Of a stretch of 64,000 bases of DNA, positions 38,201 through 50,870 are shown piece by piece. Both the position numbers and the translations under genes were made by a program. The notes under the pieces were generated by a model. The model had not been told where the DNA came from. It saw only the letters and a list, made by a program, of their open reading frames with translations, and did not search any database. Position 1 is the stretch's first letter. Each line of letters starts with the position of its first letter. This DNA is from the human T2T-CHM13v2.0 reference genome, Homo sapiens. Where the stretch lies: NCBI RefSeq assembly GCF_009914755.1, contig NC_060928.1; one strand, given 5' to 3'.

Positions 38201-40639
38201 AGAGATATTGCTAATGGCCATCACCCTAATAGAAAACTTAGAAAATTTTGATTTAATTCATGAGAATCTAGCTTCACGTATTTGTTTCATTTCTAGATGA
38301 TACGTATTAAAATCTTTATACTTGCAAATATTTCTGAGGATTAAAGAATACTTGTCCTCCCATTTTCCAAGATCTAATCACAATGATTCCCAGTCCTTAC
38401 ATTATAAGATTTGATCAGATCTGTTCTTTGTTTCCTAGCAGCATGTGTTCCCTAGCAGTCATACATTCCACAGGTCCTGATGTCATTAGAACTGTGTGTG
38501 TCAGTGTATTGTGCTGTCTTTAGCTGAAGGTGAATGTGTCAGAGTATTTGAATGCCATTCCATAGCTCTTCCTTATCACTAAGTATTCAGTAACCTGATC
38601 TATTTGTGTATATGGTTGACTAGACTATTTCTACAAAATCAGGGTAGGAGGAATGATTAACACAAAGTTTTATATGAACTATTAATTTTTTTTTTTAGAT
38701 AGAGATGTTAGGCTGCATCAGGCATCCCCGGCCTGAAGAGTGATAAGCCAGTATGTGATTTGCCTGATGGGTAAATGCTTTTGATGTCTCATTTTTGGTT
38801 GCTTGGTGTGATTATCCTTCAGACTGAGAGTGCTCCTCAAAAATATGAATGGAAAGTCTTTCAGAAATGATTTTCTTAATCATGATCTTCTTAACATTTT
38901 GCAGATTTAAATACTCTTTTCCACAGGGAATAATAGCAAGTATGGCACTTACTGGCTGCAGCTACTGTGGCTGGCATTGTTTCTACTAATTAGGAAAGGC
39001 AGATTTTTTTTATGGATTTGATTTACCATTGATTCCTTTGTGAGCTATAGCCAAGGAAATCATAAATAGTAGATTAAAAAGACTATAAAGTCATGAGGAT
39101 TGAAGTTAGTCAAATAATATGATGCAAAACTGAATTGTTTTTCAGATTGGATTTGGACCACTTTAAGTGTTGGTTGAAACTCTCTTTGAAAAGGACTGCC
39201 AAGTAGAAGTGACAGTTACTGTTAGAAGTGGGGAGTTTTGGCCCAGAAATCAGCAAGGAAAACTGATTGCGATTTTCATATTTAGGATCAAACAGTGATT
39301 TTAAGAAATGCTGTGCAGCCTTAATTTAGCATGGTGTGAATGGCTAGAGTAGTTGGAATTTAAAAAGGATGATCTGTCCTTAAGTTTTGCAAATGGCTAT
39401 TTTGCCTTCTCTTTCCTAGATTTGCATTATATTCAAAATATGCATTTGCTCACTTTGGGAGGAACCCTAAAGAATACAGCTGTATTGTAATTTATTATTT
39501 GTTTGCCCACAGGACATATTTACACTTAGATTATTATATTTATGTCTTCTTATTTCATGCGAATGCATTTCTTCATAGAATAACCAATTTTATAATTAAA
39601 TAAAAAGTAAAACTTGCAAGTATGAGTAAGGTCCTCCTGACATTTTTCCTTGGTTATCTTTCTGTGTTTTGTCGGGTAGGGTAGGGTGAAGGCTAGGGAG
39701 TTGTTGATCAATGGAGAGAAAAATCCAGATTTTTCATTCATTGTAATACATTGTGAGAATGTAGCGTGAGCATGCTTGTAAATAGCATTTATGCATCTAA
39801 GGTGTGCAAGTTTTTCCCCAAATCTTGAATGTCATTACTCTGATCTGAGTGTCAGCATGGTCCAATAAAATTAATTCTACTGCTGCATAAGAAACCAAGT
39901 GTAACTTTTTTCTTAGAATTGTGACATGTGCTTATGGATTCATAAGCACAAAATGCAAAAGAGAAAATAGCTGTCCTACTTGAAATTAATTGAACTTCTT
40001 TATTTATTTTGAGGGGTGGATAAAAGGGGAGCGTTTCTATATTTGCTCATAATAGGTTCTATAGACCTTGATAAATCATGTCTTCCTTATGTCTTATTGA
40101 CACTTAAAACAGGAACTTAGTTTCAATTTTAATGAATGTCTTCATAAAAGTGATTACAAATAGGTGTTAAAAGAAGTGAAAATTTGGTCCATATTATTCA
40201 AGAATTTAAATGGAATATTGTGGATGGTAATCCTACTTATTTTGAAAACTATTTTTGGGATGGAAAAATAAATCATCCAACTGAATGTTTCTGCCTGGCA
40301 AAACTTCCATGTCAGTTACTTTGTAAAGCAAACAATGCTGTTTTATCAGTGTTTTCAAAGTGTCCTCTGGGGAACCCTGGGGATCTCTGACACCCTTTCA
40401 GAGGAAATGTGAAAAGAAAACCTTTTTATAATAATGCTAAGACATTATTTGCCTTTCACTCATATTCTTTAACACGTGTTCAGTGGAGTTTTCCAGAAGG
40501 TATATGATATGTGATGGCATCATTGCTCTGATGGCATATGTCATATGTTCTTATGTATTCTCAAGTTTTAGAATTTTCCCAGTTTATCAATACTTGAATG
40601 GTGACAGTTACAGATATCATAATCAAAAGTCATTTTAGA

Positions 40640-40965
40640 GGCTGAGTGCAGTGGCTTACACCTCTAATCCTAGCACTTTGGGAGGCTGAGATGGGCAGAT
40701 CACTTGAAGTAAGGAGTTTGAGACCAACCTGACCAACATGGTGAAACCCTGTCTCTACTAAAAATACAAAAATTAGCCGGGCATGGTGGTACATGCCTGT
40801 AGTCCCAGCTATTCGGGAGGCTTGAAGCAGGAGAATCGCTGGAACCCAGGAGGTAGAGGTTGCAGTGAGCCAAGATCGTGTCACTGCACTCCAGCCTGGT
40901 CCACAGACCAAGACTGTGTCTCAAAAAATAAATAAATAAATAAATAAATAAAATAAAATAAAAAC
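40640..40965 (+). mobile_element. Alu (AluSz/Sx-like) with (TAAA)n tail
   Basis: Full dimer; TSD AAGTCA[T/C]TTTAG. Confidence 0.95.
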
Positions 40966-40986
40966 ATGAAGTCACTTTAGGTCATT

Positions 40987-41734
40987 TATTATTATTATTA
41001 TTATTATACTTTTAAATTCTGGAATACATGTGCAGATGTGCAGGTTTGTTACACAGGTATACACGTGCCATGGTGGTTTGCTGCACCCATCAACCCATCA
41101 TCTACATTAGGTATTTCTCCTAATGCTATCCCTCCCCTAGCCTCCACCCTGCAACAGGCCCAGGTGTATGATGTTCCCCTCCCTGTGTCCATGTGTTCTC
41201 ATTGTTCAACTCCCACTTATGAGTGAGAACATGTAGTGTTTGGTTTTCTGTTCCTGTGTTAGTTTGCTGAGAATGATGGTTTTCAGCTTCATCCATGTCC
41301 CTGCAAAGGACATGAACTCATCCCTCTTTATGGCTGCATAGTATTCCATGGTGTATATGTGCCACATTTTCTTTATCCAGTCTATCATTGATTGGCATTT
41401 GGGTTGGTTCCAAGTCTTTGCCATTGTGAACAGTGCCACAGTAAACATACATGTGCATGTGTCTTTATAGTAGAATGATTTATAATCCTTTGGGTATATA
41501 CCCAGTAATGAGATTGCTGGGTCAAATGGTACTGCTAGTTGTAGATCCTTGAGGAATCACGACACCATCTTCCACAATGGTTGAACTAATTTACACTCCT
41601 ACCAACAGTGTAAAAGCATTCCTATTTCTCCATATCCTCTCCAGCACCTATTGTTTTCTGACTTTTTAATGATCACCATTCTAACTGTCATGAGATGGTC
41701 TCTCATTGTGGTTTTGATTTGCATTTCTCTAATG
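40987..41734 (-). mobile_element. 5'-truncated L1PA (L1PA7/8-like), antisense
   Basis: ORF2 C-terminus MFTVALFTMAKTWNQPKC...WHIYTMEYYAAIK (41206-41448, minus); (TTA)n tail; TSD TAGGTCATT at 40978-40986 and 41735-41743. Confidence 0.95.
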
Positions 41735-42139
41735 TAGGTCATTAATTTTTAAGAGTATAAAAGAGTCCTGGGCCAGAAAGTCTGAGAATGGCTCAGGTAG
41801 ATTTTTCTGAGATCTGCCTCCTTGTGCTCTAAAATGCCATCCATCCAGCCACATAAAGAGCCATGTAGGATGAGAAAATGATTAGATGTCCAACCTGTAA
41901 AAAGATAGGCAGGTTGGATATAGTTATTAATTATTTGGCATTTTCATTATTCTATTTCCAAATAATCCAGTGTAGAAAACTTGTTTTTAGATTTTTTGTC
42001 CCCATTTAGTGAAATGGAAACTTTAAAGCAGCAGATATGCAGCCTGATCTGCTGACTGCTCTTGGGAAGGCTACAAAGGAGTCAAGGGGAAAATATCTGG
42101 ATCTAGGCCCTAGATCAAGATATTTTGATATCTAGAAAG

Positions 42140-42380
42140 GCAGAGTGGTGTAGAGATGAACAGAAAGGGACTCTGGAGTGTGTTTGCCTAGGTTGAATAA
42201 GCTATTGGATTTGTGTCAAGATACCTGATCTCTCTATGCTTTAATTTCCTGGTATTTTTAATGGATTTAACAATTGTACCAAATTCACAGAAGATTATGA
42301 AGATTTAATTGGTAAATCTATGCAGAGTCCTTAAAACAGTTCCTGGTGCATAATAATAACATAATTGTTTGCTGCTATTA
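42140..42380 (+). mobile_element. MIR SINE
   Basis: GGACTCTGGAG...GCCTAGGTTGAAT...CTCTCTATGCTTTAATTTCCT...AAAACAGTTCCTGGTGCATA. Confidence 0.65.
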
Positions 42381-45300
42381 TGATTACTATCATCATCATT
42401 ATTATTGGGTCTCATGAGAGTCCTAGGAAACTTTAATCAATTCCCCATGTGATTCAGATACATAATTATATTTCACACCATTATAGAGTATGTCTTAAAA
42501 TGTTAGTAAATTTTAAAATTTCATATAAAAGATAATCGACTTTATTTTACTCTCACACTTTAGAACTCATGAAGGGTTATTAGCATTTTTTAGAGGAAGA
42601 ATTAATAAAACACCTTTGTTAGCTTGAGCTAAGTTTGAAGTTTGATAGTGAATGTGAATGCCCAATTAAAACTAGATTTCAAAGACCCCAATTGAATATT
42701 TATATATCTTGGGAATTATTAGAGAGGAAATCACTTTTCTGAAGTGATATCAAGATGACTCACTATACTCTTAATCTGTTAATCACTATCTAAGCACCAC
42801 AACAAGCCATTTTCAGTGCAAAGGATCCTTGGGGTAATTATATACTGTAGTTCAGTCTGTTTGTGAGTGGTCGTATGTCTAGTGAAAGAAGCTATACATT
42901 CCGATTACCTTTACTAGATACTAAAGTTTAATTGGAGAACTGTGTAATACTTTTAAATGAGACTTTGGCAACTATTTAAAAACTTTAAGTTATAGATGTA
43001 TTTATAAGTTATATACATTTTGGGGGTATATTCTATGGCTAATTTCTGACCCAGCCTATCACTATGAAATTAGTGCTATAGCACTTATTTCCTTCCAGAA
43101 CTTTGGTCAATTCTGATTTAGTGTTGTAGAAATTAAATTATACTCCATAGATAGGCATAGCTGGGCAGTGTTTTTAATTATGAGCTTCTCAGAAATGGTC
43201 TTTGGACTGAGAGTCACTTGAATACAACCCCAAATGTGCAAGTTTCTGGCTCTGTCATCTCTATCTGCAAAATAGAGATAATAAAGTTTACATTGCTGGT
43301 TTGAGTAGAGTAATAGGAAGTAAATATAAAAGTACCTGGTGGAGTGAATACTTCATGCATAGTACCTTTTGTTATTAGTCATAGTATTATTAGAAATGTC
43401 CTTGAGTACCATTATTAAGAAAACGTAGCTAAATCAAATATCATTTTCTTAATTGAAGAGTTCTTGATGAGCTAGGAAAATCAATAGCATTTTCTTAAGT
43501 AGTTGAGAAAGGTTCAAGTCTTGTATTTATCTTTACTATGTTCTTTCCCTCTGTCCTTTTTTAACCTTTTAAGTACTTATTTCTGAGCTCTTCTTCATCT
43601 TAAAATGTTATGCTCTGCTACTAATTCCCCATCAAAAATTATAATCCTGACAGAAAAATATTTTTGACATCCACCAAATACTGTGTCCGAAGATTGACTT
43701 TAAATTAGGTATAAAATGAAAGTAACAATTTAAGATGTTTTAAATTAAATGCCCTATTATCTTTTCACATGTCAATCATTCTTTAAGCTTTAACTGCATC
43801 AGAATTTTCTATAATGCTGTAACCATATGAAGTCATCATAAACGTCGAAGATATCAGGATTTTCATATTTTTAAAAGATTTATAATCCCAGATTTTAAGT
43901 CTCATAAGAATGCCATAAATGAGATAAACCTATAAAATTCAGACCCCAAAATTGCTTTAAAGACTAAAACTTTTGAAAGGCTCATAAATGAGTTGAAATT
44001 TTAGAATTGACATATGTATTTCAGTTACAGTGCCAATAAGAGAAGTTATTAAAATGTGTGACTTTTACCATAATTATCCAGCATGTATACTGAAAAGGAA
44101 AGGATATGATATAGTAGGTGGTAAAAATGAATGAAAAAGTAAACTGCACATTGGACTGGACAACTGGCTTGCTAAATTGTACCAGAATTAGGTGTTTTAA
44201 AGTATGACTCAAGGAATTGAAAGCCAAGTAGAAACGACACTCCCTCCTGTTTGATCAGCTTGTGTTGGTGTTTACGCATCCCGCAGAGGCAGAGTGTGTT
44301 ACTATTCAGGACAGCCCCAGTGGCTCCACAGTAGCCTGAGCCTGTGAGAATAGAGGAGAGACTCAAGCCCAGTTTTTGATGTTCTGCTTGGGTGGGTAAC
44401 CTGAATACTAAAATGCATTCCATTGACGCTGACCCTGTAAGAGGGTTTTCAACAGTCTCCTGTTTTGTTTTGATTTGGTTTGTTTCCCCCCTTCCCCATT
44501 TCCTTTTTCTCAAACTCTTCCAAAGACTTTTGAATAAAAGGAAATGGTTCTGACTGATGGTCATCTTTTTGTATGAGATTTTATTTCTGGCAAGAATGGA
44601 AGGGTTCAACTGTTTTTCATTAACACCTTTTGTTTTTTCAAATTTTCAGTGTTCTTGATTTGTCAGTGGCTTATGGTTGTTGTTTGAACCTTGACTCAGA
44701 ATACTGATCATGACTTCAAGGCGTGGACAAAGAACCTATTGAGAAATCATTTTCTGTTAACACAAGGCATGTGTGTATCTATAGCCTTTATTTATATTGG
44801 CTTTAAATGTTCGGTTGATGTTGTCTAAGGAGTTTTAATTATATTATTAACTGTAGTTGACTTTGGAGGAAGAGCTAGGCAGCCATTTAAAAAAATTATA
44901 TACAATCATCTTTTGAGGTTTAGGCAATTTCAATTAGTTTTCACTTTGATTCCTAACAATTTTTATGTATGATGTTTAAATATTATTTTACAGTCATTCT
45001 ACAATGGTGCAATTTTATGATAGTATCTAAGTTATATGTACTTCAATTTAACTTAAAATATTTAATAGAATGGGTGTTTTCACTATTTCTCTTTTAATTG
45101 CAAAGACGCCTCCAGCTAGCTTTCTGCTGAACTGATTAATTTATTGGGAAGTTATTGTGTTTCTCACCTAAAGATTCTTGGGAAAGAGTGAAGTTTTACT
45201 TAGGTATCAGGAAAAATTGGATACCTCTAGCCTTCTGCCTCAGTTCCATGCCCCTACCCAGCCTACCAGTTTTCTTTTTCTCTGACTGCTGGATTCATTC

Positions 45301-45556
45301 CCTTTCCCACAGTCTAAATTAAGTTCTCAGACTTATACTGATCTACTGTCATCAGCTTCGTGGAGGCAGTAAGAATATTGCAGTTCCTCTGTGGACGAAT
45401 GGATAGTTAGCTTGAAGAAGAAAAGGCTCAATTAAGAGAGGGATGTTGTTCACACAAAAAGAAAGAGGTGCTGATAGTATCTGAATAGTTATTTAATAAC
45501 TGGGACAAGTCAGGTGTTAGAAGAATTGGTTAGGAAAATCATTGAAAATGGGTTTA

Positions 45557-46187
45557 CCCTTTTCCTGTAAGAGGCCAGAGTGATCTTAGAAAATGGTTCC
45601 TTACTCACTTCACCAACAAAACCCAACAAAATTATGCAAATCAAGGGGTTCAAATCTTCAGGTTCATTTCAAGAGCACCCAAGTTATCTATAAAACTGCT
45701 CAAGACATCTAGGCTCTGTATATATGAGAAGCCACCAAATATCTGAAAGATGTCCCTTTACAGAAGCAGTGTGCCATTTCTATCCTACAGTGGTAGAGCC
45801 ACTGTACAATGACAATGTACAATGCCAGATGGGAGAGCTGGACACAGGTTTGCTGGCACAAAGAGAGCTGGATTTTTTCCTGCACATGCTTAAAAATGCA
45901 GAGAATAATGCTGATCTTCAAGGTTTAAATATAGACCGTCTAGGCATTGAGTACATTCAGATGAACAAAATCCCCAAGATGTGACATCTGATAGTGCTCA
46001 TGGTTGAATTAACCCATGTATGAGCTTTGCTGGCCACATTACTGAAAAAGAACAAATTGTTCCAAAACCAGAAGTGGAGATTGCACAGAAGAAAAAGTTA
46101 TGCCAGAAGAAACTGAAGAAAAAAAACTTATGGCATAGGAACAAATACAGCATAAAATAAATGCAAATAGAAGTAAAACCAGAAAAA
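45557..46187 (+). pseudogene. RPL17P19: Processed RPL17 (uL22) pseudogene (RPL17P19 by recall)
   Basis: TOP-like 5'UTR CCCTTTTCC...GTGATCT; ATG at 45593 giving [27 protein letters not shown] (RPL17: [27 protein letters not shown]); FFLHMLKNAENNADLQGL; [11 protein letters not shown]...[13 protein letters not shown]; intronless, frameshifted; AATAAA at 46156. The pseudogene number is recalled, not verified. Confidence 0.93.
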
Positions 46188-47389
46188 GTGAGTTTGTAGT
46201 TATGTATCCATCCATCTGTTTGAGACATCTAATTATTTTACACTTGCTGTGTACTCACTCATTATATCATTCTTCTGATGAGAATATATGTTTATTCAAG
46301 TAAACCTTCTGTTTAGAGGCAGAGTATTCAGAACTATATCAAGTAAGATATTTCAGATAATTGAGCATGGATAACTTTATAATTGCCTAAAGCATCCAAA
46401 GAAAATATACTTCAGTGTATCCAGTAGTATTTTTCAAATGATAGACATCTAATATGGGCTCATTATTACCAAAACCAGAGACTGAATATTAATGATGACA
46501 CTTGACCAGCTGAGGTGCCTTAAAGCTATTATATGTATTGTTTGGAATACTCCTAAATTTATTATTTTACTTTTCATGTATTCAAAAAAGAAAGTTATGT
46601 TGAGTTTTCATTTTCATTTGAAAGTACCAACTCAATATAAGTAGTAACATATGAAGATAATTTGGAAGAATTTTTAAAGGTTAGTAGAAGGCCTAATTAG
46701 CAGAAATCTTATGTACAATGACCTTCCTTACTATTGCAAATCCTCAAAGAAGAAGGAACACTAAAAATTAGTATGCTGTCAACATTTTTTTTTATGATTT
46801 GATGTTATTAAGCAAACTTTTGCGAGTATTTCTTTTTCTGGTGCGTTTGATTAAATGTGTGATCTTATCTTGGTGAAATAGCCTGCTGGGCTGCAGACAG
46901 TAGTGTTCAGAAATGAAATTTGCTTAGAGCCTCTGAACAGACATTTATTCAATGAGACCTTTCTTGAATAATAGATGATAGTGAGATAACAATGGTATGT
47001 GTATGTGTGTTTTCTTCCTTGAATTTAGGGGATGTTGAGCTAGAGCAACAACAACAACAGAAGTAATGGGGTATGAAAGAAAGCATTAGATTTATATATG
47101 AGAAATTAACCTACTTTATTACAAATGAATGAACAGTCTGTATGAGGGACTCATAGTATCAATGTCAGAGGACACTGTGTTAGTCCATATGTTTTATTTT
47201 AGCAGTCCTTCTATGTTAATTCCTTGCCGGCTACTCTTTTTTGGCTCAGTAGAAGTTACTCTGGAATGAATTTTTCCTCCACATACATCATTTGTGCGTG
47301 CTTTTTCCATTCTACTTGGGTGCTGGTAATGGCTGAATTTTGATTCCCAATCTTTCTTCCTAGTATAGCTAATTGTACATTCTGAAGAT

Positions 47390-47860
47390 CATATTTAAAT
47401 TTTTTTTCTGATTATAGTACATGCTTACGTTGAACACTTTTAAAATACAGAGATACGTAAAGTTAAAAGTGAAATCACTCAACATAACATAACATACTGG
47501 CATACCACTGTGTTCACAGAGATTATGTCATACTTAATTTTTGCTTTGATTATCTGCATCTGTATTGTGTGTGTTTAATGGAAATGAGATTAAACCATAT
47601 ATAGTTTGTATAGTTATCTCCAATTTCTCAATGCCATTATTTTTTTGAAAGCATTAAGTATCATAAAATATTTCGTAATGTAGACATACTATGATTTATT
47701 TAAACATTTACTTATTCATGTGGGTTGTCATTTGTTGCTAGAATAAGTGGTGTCATCATGAATATCCGAGTGCTGAAAGCTTGGCCTGTTCTCTAATTTT
47801 TTTCTCTAGTACAGATTCCTTGAAGTATAATTACTAGATCAAAGAGTAAATAATCATTTG
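47390..47860 (-). mobile_element. Old L1ME-type 3' fragment
   Basis: AATGAGATTAAACCATATATAGTT...CATACTATGATTTATTTAAACATT...GAAGTATAATTACTAGATCAAAGAG. Confidence 0.5.
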
Positions 47861-48594
47861 ACTTTTTCTACTTGGTTACAGATCCAGATGCATCATTGCC
47901 TTCTGTATAACTGGTCCTCTGAAAGTTTTGGAAACTCTTTCTTAAGAATTGTTAACTCTCAGTTGTGTATTGTTCATAGCTACTAATTCTTGGTTATGTA
48001 TAGTTTTACTATGTATATATGTATAGTAACTTTTACTAACTCTTTGGTTATTCTTAAGAATTACTAATGCTCAGCTGCACATACACCAATATATAAAAGC
48101 AGAGGTCAGTAAAATAATCAAAAATGCAAATTTACTGGTTATTAATATTTAAGTAAAGCTATGCCTCATGTCTTTGAATTTAACATATTACTAAAACAAA
48201 ACCATACAGTGAATTTTCTCCATGAAGAATTGAGTCCACCATGTGTCTAATATTTCCATAAATATTCTTAGTTTCTTTCACTGCTCTTGAACGGACCTCG
48301 TATCTCTTAAGTTCATCTAAAGTATCAACTTAATAAAACTTTTTCTTTACCGTACTTCTTATGGAACAAAAACAAATGGTGGTTTGGATTATTGTTCTAA
48401 AATTTAAGTATGAAAAGTAGGAGCAAATTATCAGTCAATGCATTTAAAATAAATGAAGTTTGTCTATAAAAGTAGATGGGTCAGAAAAGTAATTAAACAG
48501 AACATTTTGGCTTATAATGAGTAAACATGAACACAAGTTTTGCTAGGTGTAACCTCAGTTAGAGATCTGTCTGTAGGAATAAGAGTTAGGTACA

Positions 48595-48895
48595 GGCTGG
48601 ATGCTGTGGCTCATGCCTATAATCCCGGTACTTTGGGAGGCTGAGGCAGGAGAATTGCTTGAACCCAGGAGTCGGTGACTAATCTGGGCAACATTGTTAT
48701 ACCCTATCTCTATAAAAATAATTAAAAAATTAAGCAGGCATTAGGGTGCATGCCCATAGTTCCAGCTCCTCAGGAGACTGAGGCTGGAGGATCCCTTGAG
48801 CTGGGGAGTTCCAGGCTGCAGTGAGTCATCATCACGCCACGGCACTCCAGCCTGGGCTACAGAGTGAGACCTTGACTATTAAAAAAAAAATCAAT
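48595..48895 (+). mobile_element. Alu (AluJ)
   Basis: Diverged dimer with J-type GGAGGATCCCTTGAGC...CAGGCTGCAGTGAG. Confidence 0.92.
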
Positions 48896-49480
48896 AAAAA
48901 TAGATACATAATGTGAAATGTCCAGTAGTCAGGTAAAATTAAAGAGGAAAACAGCAGGTGGATAATGCAATTTGAAATCAATTTTCCAGTAATGCTGGTA
49001 CCTACTGAATTTGATTTCATTGTAGTTCATTCTTTGTTCTGAGAGACTTTAAACAATATCTTTGAGACTTCTGCTTCCAATTGTACAGACATATTTACGA
49101 TACATTTCTAGCAGTCAGAGTGGAAACATATTCTACTTTCAGTATCAATATTTTGTTTAAATCTGCACCAGAACATATTTATGGGACAGAGTTTAATGCT
49201 TGATAAATAAATGATTGTATAACTGCATGAATGTGCTTTATGGACCTAGAAAAAACAAGTGAACATGAAAGCAGTTTTTGAAGTTACTGTTGCAAGATAA
49301 ATTTAAGTACCATTGAAAATTGCTCTGTACATGCATGTGAAATAAAGAAAGGTACAGAAGGAATCTTGAAAGCCAGACTCTCCTGGGTTTTAGTTTCCTT
49401 AAAAATATATTGTCAAGAGTTGAAGTAACTTGCCCAAAGTTACATGGCAGTTTTGTAGCACATGCTGCCTTCTATTATGG

Positions 49481-49482
<2 letters not shown>

Positions 49483-49511
<29 letters not shown>

Positions 49512-49790
49512 ATGGAGTCTCACTCTGCTTCTCAGGTTGGAGTGCAGTGGCCCGATCTCGGCTCCCTGCAAGCTCCGCCTCCCGGGTTCACGCCATTCTC
49601 CTGCCTCAGCCTCCTGAGTAGCTGGGACTGCAGGCGCCCGCCACCACGCCCGGTTTATTTTTTTGTATTTTTAATGGAGACGGGGTTTCGCCGTGTTAGC
49701 CAGGATGGTGTCGATCTCCTGACCTCGTGATCCATCCGCCTCGGCCTCCCAAAGTGCTGGGATTACAGGCATGAGCCACCGCGCTCGGCC
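49483..49790 (-). mobile_element. AluY
   Basis: Y diagnostics GCAAGCTCCGCCTCCCGGGTTCACGCCATTCTCC and CCGTGTTAGCCAGGATGG; CpG-rich; long T tail; TSD TGGAATTT. Confidence 0.96.
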
Positions 49791-50659
49791 TGGAATTTCT
49801 TAGTCTTGCCCTTGAGAGTTCTCATTTCTGATTTCAGGAATGATGTTATCACTCTCTTAACTTGTATCGAATTAGTCATGTAACTTCTGTAGGTCTATTT
49901 CATCTGTAAGTAGAAGATAGGATGGTGGGTGGTCCTTTTTCCCTAAAATATCCATGGGATAAAATAAAATGGTAAGGCTTATTAGAATGCTTCTGCTTGC
50001 AAGTTGAGCTTTTCAAAAAAACTGAATAGGTAGTTGATGTTGTAAGAATTTTTACGTTTCTTCCTTCGTTAAGAGCTAAGGCTCAGTATTGCATGTGGTA
50101 ATAGCATATTTTAAAAAGACGAAATAGATTAGACTATCTTTTTGTGATGGCTTAAAGAGAAAGTGACATAATGAAGATGTTTTGCATGATTTGAAACCAT
50201 TAAGGAGTCTGATATATTTTTATCATATTTCTCTATTATTAAGGATAGTAATACGTTTTGTTCCTAATAAATGATTTTAGGATTTGGTATAGTTTTTTAT
50301 CTCAGCTTTTTTTTAATGTTTATATTAAATACTTTTGAGATTCAGAGCTTTAGGCCCATAGCAGTGTTACCTTGTATCAAGGCAGTTTCAACTTTTCTTC
50401 ATTTATAAAGCAGAAGTGTATACCTTGAGTGTAGAATTCTCAGTGTCCCCATTTTACTCCTTTTTTTTTCTTATGGCTGAATTTATTTATGTAAAATTAT
50501 TACAATTTATTATAAGGTTCAACATTAAATTGTATTTAGTTCTACATTAATGAAATGATCTTTACTGGGCTTAATAAACACACAAATAGAAAAGTACCAA
50601 TTGCAGTAATAAAAATATATATACATGAATGAAAATCAAAGAGGAAAAGTAGAGGGCAA

Positions 50660-50870
50660 AGGAGTCGTAAAAGCATGATTTCAAACCTTTCCTCTATGTC
50701 ACACTGGAAAAGTTACTTCACTTCTCCATGCCTCATTTCTTCATGTGTTGAAAAGGATAAAAATAATACCTACCTTTCAGAGTTATTGTGAGGATTAAAT
50801 GAGGTAATGCACATAAAACTTATTGCACACTGTCTAGATTTGTATAAGCACCCAATACATTTTATTATTT
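50660..50870 (+). mobile_element. MIR SINE
   Basis: AAGTTACTTCACTTCTCCATGCCTCATTTCTTCAT...TACCTACCTTTCAGAGTTATTGTGAGGATTAAATGAG. Confidence 0.75.

Larger units (their letters stand above)
40348..41795. mobile_element. hAT-Charlie MITE (MER119-like) split by nested Alu and L1PA insertions
   Basis: CAGTGTTTTCAAAGTG...ACCCTTTCAGAGG...CAGTGGAGTTTTCCAGAAGG; resumes after 41735 with TTTTTAAGAGTATAAAAGAGTCCTG...GTCTGAGAA. Confidence 0.6.

Noticed and set aside
38910-39520. Good-looking acceptors (CTCTTTTCCACAG at ~38926, TTTGCCCACAG at ~39511)
   Set aside because: No convincing paired donor or ORF; such acceptors are frequent in long AT-rich introns.
44172-44609. 145-aa minus-strand ORF in unique intronic sequence
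   Set aside because: Non-ATG start, no recognisable domain or splice context; compatible with chance.
45724-45984. 86-aa ORF containing FFLHMLKNAENNADLQGL
   Set aside because: A partial frame of the decayed RPL17 pseudogene with frameshifts and a premature stop; not an intact retrogene.
47930-48080. Imperfect direct repeats (TTCTTAAGAATT..., TACTAA..CTTGGTTA)
   Set aside because: Short, diverged and within probable old transposon-derived AT-rich sequence; no evidence of function.
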